This document shows, piece after piece, positions 59,584 through 64,000 of a stretch of 64,000 nucleotides of DNA; positions within the stretch are counted from its first letter, which is position 1, and each line of letters opens with the position of its first letter. The position numbers were made by a program, and so were the translations under genes. Origin of the DNA: a virus; the IMG/VR virus record IMGVR_UViG_3300046820_002137, positions 32,001 to 96,000 of that record. One strand, written 5' to 3'. Under the pieces are notes generated by a model, which made no database searches, had not been told where the DNA came from, and saw only the letters and a program-made list of their open reading frames with translations.

Positions 59584-59721
59584 TTATTCTTTTTTTAAAT
59601 TTTCATTAGTTTGATTTTGGGAATCTTTTTTTGTATTTTTCTTATGTCGGTTAAGGAACTCCTCTTCCGTTTCAAAAACTTTCCCACAAGTATTACAAGT
59701 AAATCCAGTTTGAGTTTCCAT
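59584..59721 (-). CDS. Small ORF missed by the track with a C2H2-like Zn knuckle (METQTGFTCNTCGKVFETEEEFLNRHKK…, 45 aa)
   Basis: ATG 59721 to TAA 59584, ending 1 nt before the chaperone ATG; F-x-C-x2-C-GK-x-F…H pattern. Confidence 0.65.
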   Translation of the reverse strand: METQTGFTCNTCGKVFETEEEFLNRHKKNTKKDSQNQTNENLKKE

Positions 59722-59727
59722 AATAAC

Positions 59728-59757
59728 AAAAAATCCCATATTAATAATATGGGATTT
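59728..59757 (-). terminator. Intrinsic terminator downstream of the tail tube gene
   Basis: aaatcccatatt-aat-aatatgggattt with a U-tract on the - strand. Confidence 0.7.
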
Positions 59758-59780
59758 ATATAATATTGTAAAGATTTATT

Positions 59781-60269
59781 TTAGTAAACTAAAATACAAC
59801 GGTCCATTCTTAAAGTAGCCTGTATAGTCGCAACTTTATCATCAGTATAACTTAATGAATCAAAGTTAACATCCGATAAAAATGTCCCCTCAAGAATCCA
59901 TTTTTCAACAACTACACCTGTAGGGTCTAACATCTCAAGGTCAACATTCTTTTTATAACCCGCCGCATAACCCATACGACCTGTTACTGATTCCGCACAT
60001 AAACGAACCCATTCCATTAAAGCTTGTGATGCAGAAGGCCCTATTGGGTCTCTAAAGGTTACGTTGATTGTACCCCACGTAAATCTTCCCGCAACATATG
60101 TTTCAGTGTTTAAGAAAGGAATGGCCACTGGAGTAATTGTAATTTTGGGTCTTGAAGTACCCTCAACAAACCATTCATTTATACCTAATGTAGAAGGAAA
60201 ACGCATAATAAATCGGTTTTTCCTTTTTGGTTCATAAGGTATGGGCATTTTCATTAGTAAATCAGCCAT
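59781..60269 (-). CDS. Tail tube protein (T4 gp19-like)
   Basis: EPKRKNRF, RPKIT, YVAGRFTW-x-x-I-x-VTF-x-D, LMEW, YKK, VVEKW-x-L-x-G and L-x-Y…TLRMD. Confidence 0.9.
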   Translation of the reverse strand: MADLLMKMPIPYEPKRKNRFIMRFPSTLGINEWFVEGTSRPKITITPVAIPFLNTETYVAGRFTWGTINVTFRDPIGPSASQALMEWVRLCAESVTGRMGYAAGYKKNVDLEMLDPTGVVVEKWILEGTFLSDVNFDSLSYTDDKVATIQATLRMDRCILVY

Positions 60270-60299
60270 CGTATTTTTGTTTTAATTTTTTATTCTTTT

Positions 60300-60311
60300 T
60301 ATTTATAAATA
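60300..60311 (-). promoter_or_regulatory. TATTTAT putative phage promoter motif (palindromic TATTTATAAATA copy) upstream of the tail tube gene; one of 11 copies
   Basis: The same heptamer lies upstream of 11 minus-strand genes (see findings). Confidence 0.6.
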
Positions 60312-60385
60312 TCTATTAATAATTTTTTTCTCTTTACTTTTACTTTTTTAGAGATAAATTACATATTAATATTACTAGTTAATTA

Positions 60386-61204
60386 TTAATAAGGTTTCTT
60401 TACTCCTCCTGCGGTTGAAATTGTTTTAATTATGTTGTCTGGTTTGTTTTCAAAATGACTCTTAACTTTTTCTAAATTTCTTAAATCATCATCTGAAAAT
60501 CCTATTGTTGGTATAAAATTATTTGAAACTATGTTCTTGAAATACGCTTTTTTCTGAATGTGTTTTGAAATTCTTTTAACATATCCCACAAAATCATTTA
60601 AAGCTTTAATTTTACCTTCTTCGGGACTAGCAGCACTTCCTTTTCCATAAGTTACAGGATAGAATCTACACATATTAAGATACTCCCTAATCATGTCTTT
60701 TTTAGATGACTCACCTAAACCTTCGATTTCTCTATACTTTTCTAAATTTTTAATCAATTCATTAGAATCAATACCCATATGATTTGAAATTATCATATTG
60801 TAAACAGATTCTTTCATAACACTTGGAGTGTGCCCTCTAGCCGTGACTATTGAAAATATCGACCCATTATTAATGGCTTCGACAAAATCACCCCAAGCAG
60901 GTCCTGGTTTTCCAAGTAAAGAATCAATTATAAATTGTTTATCACCCTCTACACCAAAATACCTAAACGGGTTTTCTGCAAAACCAACAATTTCATGTCC
61001 ATCATAATCAAACGGTTCTTTTCCAATTTTCATACGATATTCGGCAAAATCTTCTGTAGACATTCCAACCTCATCACCATCATTATCCTTAAGTATTATT
61101 TTGGTTGGCATAACTAATATGTTATCATCCCAATCAAACGCATAATACTTCATATCAGGAGTTCCTGAATCTGTCACACCTTCGTTAATCTTTTTAAATT
61201 TCAT
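60386..61204 (-). CDS. HAD-superfamily phosphatase-like protein
   Basis: Motif I AFDWDDN, motif II IVTARG, a conserved Lys (EEGK) and motif IV FSDDD-x-x-N. Confidence 0.75.
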   Translation of the reverse strand: MKFKKINEGVTDSGTPDMKYYAFDWDDNILVMPTKIILKDNDGDEVGMSTEDFAEYRMKIGKEPFDYDGHEIVGFAENPFRYFGVEGDKQFIIDSLLGKPGPAWGDFVEAINNGSIFSIVTARGHTPSVMKESVYNMIISNHMGIDSNELIKNLEKYREIEGLGESSKKDMIREYLNMCRFYPVTYGKGSAASPEEGKIKALNDFVGYVKRISKHIQKKAYFKNIVSNNFIPTIGFSDDDLRNLEKVKSHFENKPDNIIKTISTAGGVKKPY

Positions 61205-61217
61205 ATTTGATTATAAA

Positions 61218-61251
61218 TATAAAGACAGACCGACTTTTGCCGGTCTGTCTT
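61218..61251 (-). terminator. Intrinsic terminator downstream of the tail sheath gene
   Basis: The - strand reads aagacagaccggc-aaaa-gtcggtctgtctt (one G-U pair), then tatattt. Confidence 0.7.
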
Positions 61252-61261
61252 ATATTAATGT

Positions 61262-64000
61262 TTAGATATTTTCAAACGAAGCTCCTGTTGGAGTTATATA
61301 GAATGTGATATCTATAAATTCAAGAGCCTTTGTTGGTTTAATATAAATTTTACCAGTCATTTGATTTCTATCTAAGTCAGCCACATCTGAAGAAACTGTT
61401 ACACGGAAATCGTATAAACCTCTATCTCTTCTGATAGCGTCTAAGATTGGGTTAACGGCATCCAAGAAGTCTTGTCTAACTTTTTGGTCGTTTTGTTCAA
61501 ACAACAATCTTACAGAAACCGCCGAAATCAACTTACGAGCTTGTAACAACAATCTTCTAACGTTAATTCTGTCAAGAGCTGACTGTCTAATTTGTAAAGT
61601 TTTATTACCCCAAATTACAGTTCCTACATCAGAGAAGGTTGCAATTGGGTTAATTCTACCTTGATAAAGAGTGTCTCTATCTTCTTGAGTCAGTTTCTTA
61701 CGAGCCTTAATTGCATTTACAATACCACGAGTATAACCAGCAGCTGCGAACCAAGGGAACGCGATGTTATCGGTTAATGCTAAGTTTCTTGTTACCTCAG
61801 CTGTAGGTGGAATGTAAATTTGAGTGTTGTTTACACTATCACGAGTTAATACCCATGGGTAGTAAGTACATGTATAGTTAGAATCAATACCTGTGGTATC
61901 CAAGTTATCAACCGCCTCTTGTGGATAGATTAAATCTTGGGAATCACCAAGTTGTGGAACAAACATATTATAGTCAGGAGTAGTTGTTATATACAATGAA
62001 TCCGCTCTGTCATATTCCACCATTTCTATGGCTGATTCAACAAGATTTGAATGGTTAACATAATCAATACCTGGAGTAACAAATACGTTAATGTTAACAG
62101 ACTCAGGATTAGAGAATGTCTTCTGTCCTAATAAATAAGCATAATAGTCGGTGTTAGCCCAGTCAACTGAATTATCACCTACAGTTATTTGCTTAAATGC
62201 GCCCCATCCTGTTGCGTTTGGATATCTAATATCCGCACAAGCACCTTTTAAATAACCACTTCTACCTAAAATAAATCTGTCACTATTTGTTCTATACTCT
62301 CTATAGATGTCCCATCCGTCGAAACCTCCTTGACATAAGAAAGTAAATTTACGAGCATAAATTCTATAGTACGGATTCGTCTCTTCATCAGGGTCAGATG
62401 TAAATGGAGCGGCTCCAACATCAAATGCCGCGCTTCCTGAGGTTGTGTATGAATTAGGTATTGTAATTCCAGATGCGTTTATATCCATATGGAATCCCTT
62501 AGTTTGATAATCCCAATCTGAAGCCGTTGTAGAGTTACAAACTGAAAATACCGGTAATTGTTTACCCTTATATTGATAAAAATCTAAATCAATACCTATT
62601 GTATCTGAAATACCCAAGTAAGTTCTACGTACATTATCACCAGGACTTGCTACTGAATCATTTCCACCTGTAGCCAAACCAAATGGTGGGTCATAAATTA
62701 TTTCACCTGGGTAATCGTATTTAGTCTTATATACAGGGAACGGAGGATTAATAGAATCACCATAACTTCTCATTGTATATCCTACGAAACCACAAGGTAA
62801 AGAATCTATTGGAGCATCTTCATTAATTTCAATCATTATGTATTTAGAATTTAATGCGTATTCACCGTCTTTAGTTCCTATTTTTTTAGCAATAAATGAA
62901 TTATCACTTGGGTCCATACTACAATTAGTAAATTTCTCTAAAACTACCGGATTAGCATCTGAATCAAAGAAATCTCTAACTAATACATCAAAAGTTCCGT
63001 TATTAAATGAAATGTTCACAATAGAAATTTTAACTTCGGTGTTTGCCGCATTACCATCAGAAATTGTGGTAAACTTAAATAAGTTATACACTTTGTTACC
63101 CCTCAATTCAGAAACAACCCATGGAGATGCGGGTGATTGATACTGGTCTAAATACCAAGCAATTGATGATGGGTCGCTATCTTGTCTTGCATTTGGTAAA
63201 GCAATTAAATCACAATTTAAACCTCTAATATAACCTTTTCTATATGCGTAGTTTAAAAGAGATTGATATCTTTCCTCTACGAATAAAGGTACTAATGTCC
63301 TTGGTTTTGCGAAATTACTAGAACCAAAAACCTTACTTATATATTTAGGGTCCGAATTTGTTAATGAAGTTTCAAAGAAGAAATTTTCTCCATCTTTATT
63401 AGTCACATTTAATCCAAAAGTTGCATATGGATTTTTACTCACACCTGAATAAGGTCCTGTACAATCCATAGATACATCTGTTAATCCTGAAACTTCATAA
63501 ACAGGTCCATCGTCAGATGAATAAGTTGCCAAACCTCTAGAACGAAGAGTTGCGATAACTAAATTATCATACAATACATAAGATTGACCAGACCAAGTAA
63601 AAATAGCACCGCCAACAGAACCACTATAACATGTTAAAACCGAACCAACGTTACCTGAACCTGTTGTTCCTGTTGGACTTAAAGGAGTACAAGGGTCTTG
63701 TATTGTTACTGACACAGTCCAGTTTGTTGTTACTGAAGAATCATTTGAAACTAACACATATGTTAATGAGCCGGCATCAAAGTTATTTGTTGTTACATTA
63801 CTTTCTTGAGGATTACTATCTACAGTTATAGTAGTAGTACAAGAACTAAATATACTAGTTACTTGAGTTAGGTCGGCACCCGCAAATGACGCGTAGGGTA
63901 ATACAACTGTAATTGTATTTGTGTTATAATTTATACTTCCTGAAATACCTGAAACTGAATAATTATAAAATGTTGCACAATTGTTTGATGTTGATGTTTG
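61262..64000 (-). CDS. Contractile tail sheath protein (T4 gp18-like), 5' end outside the window
   Basis: GGFDG, YYPW, IPP, PWFAAAG-x-x-RG, LYQGRINPI, VIWGNKTLQ, SALDRINVRRLL and IKPTKALEFI. The frame is open from base 64000 (913 codons), so the track's GTG start at 63757 is internal. Confidence 0.93.
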   Translation of the reverse strand, partial: QTSTSNNCATFYNYSVSGISGSINYNTNTITVVLPYASFAGADLTQVTSIFSSCTTTITVDSNPQESNVTTNNFDAGSLTYVLVSNDSSVTTNWTVSVTIQDPCTPLSPTGTTGSGNVGSVLTCYSGSVGGAIFTWSGQSYVLYDNLVIATLRSRGLATYSSDDGPVYEVSGLTDVSMDCTGPYSGVSKNPYATFGLNVTNKDGENFFFETSLTNSDPKYISKVFGSSNFAKPRTLVPLFVEERYQSLLNYAYRKGYIRGLNCDLIALPNARQDSDPSSIAWYLDQYQSPASPWVVSELRGNKVYNLFKFTTISDGNAANTEVKISIVNISFNNGTFDVLVRDFFDSDANPVVLEKFTNCSMDPSDNSFIAKKIGTKDGEYALNSKYIMIEINEDAPIDSLPCGFVGYTMRSYGDSINPPFPVYKTKYDYPGEIIYDPPFGLATGGNDSVASPGDNVRRTYLGISDTIGIDLDFYQYKGKQLPVFSVCNSTTASDWDYQTKGFHMDINASGITIPNSYTTSGSAAFDVGAAPFTSDPDEETNPYYRIYARKFTFLCQGGFDGWDIYREYRTNSDRFILGRSGYLKGACADIRYPNATGWGAFKQITVGDNSVDWANTDYYAYLLGQKTFSNPESVNINVFVTPGIDYVNHSNLVESAIEMVEYDRADSLYITTTPDYNMFVPQLGDSQDLIYPQEAVDNLDTTGIDSNYTCTYYPWVLTRDSVNNTQIYIPPTAEVTRNLALTDNIAFPWFAAAGYTRGIVNAIKARKKLTQEDRDTLYQGRINPIATFSDVGTVIWGNKTLQIRQSALDRINVRRLLLQARKLISAVSVRLLFEQNDQKVRQDFLDAVNPILDAIRRDRGLYDFRVTVSSDVADLDRNQMTGKIYIKPTKALEFIDITFYITPTGASFENI

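Noticed and set aside
1-64000. Alternative genetic code (stop-codon reassignment), as in some large phages
   Set aside because: Code 11 gives long, tightly packed ORFs with intact enzymes; TAG (34600) and TGA (32285) both end genes at sensible places.
32285-64000. Bacterial extracellular contractile injection system or tailocin locus
   Set aside because: Interleaved phage-type replication genes and the absence of host housekeeping genes favour a phage genome, although no capsid or terminase gene is in this window.
1-64000. tRNA, rRNA or structured ncRNA genes
   Set aside because: Intergenic gaps are at most ~120 nt and AT-rich; no cloverleaf or T-loop signature was seen by eye (tRNAscan/Infernal not run).

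Overview
This 64 kb window is very AT-rich, densely coding (standard code 11) and comes from a large myovirus-type tailed phage, probably jumbo-sized. Bases 1-9.5 kb (+ strand) carry a cluster of Thr/Pro- and Cys-rich putative virion-surface proteins with a trypsin-like serine protease gene embedded in it. Bases 9.55-64 kb (- strand) read, in transcription order: tail sheath (5'-truncated), HAD phosphatase, tail tube, small Cys2-His protein, tail chaperone plus a small out-of-frame ORF, tape-measure-like protein, tube-initiator-like protein, LysM/gp53-like protein and a giant hub. A replication block follows (gp32-like SSB, RecA/UvsX, 5'-3' exonuclease, DnaB/gp41 helicase, nrdB, nrdA). Then come gp25- and gp6-like wedge genes, large baseplate/fibre genes (PKD, SprB repeats, an M43 metalloprotease fusion) and a RuvC-like resolvase. 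The domain repertoire and the lack of Shine-Dalgarno sites suggest a Bacteroidota host (inference). Highlights: (1) two intact, signal-peptide-less proteases placed among modular adhesin-like virion genes; (2) a candidate +1 frameshift at UUU_CGG in the tail chaperone; (3) a TATTTAT motif upstream of 11 genes, the reverse complement of the T4 late promoter core; (4) a recurrent [S/T]-[G/A]-x-[S/T] motif and strict (T-x)n tracts in structural proteins, possibly glycosylation targets; (5) OmpA-like and degenerate GH73-like domains in baseplate proteins. All family assignments come from motif recognition by eye; no database search was run.
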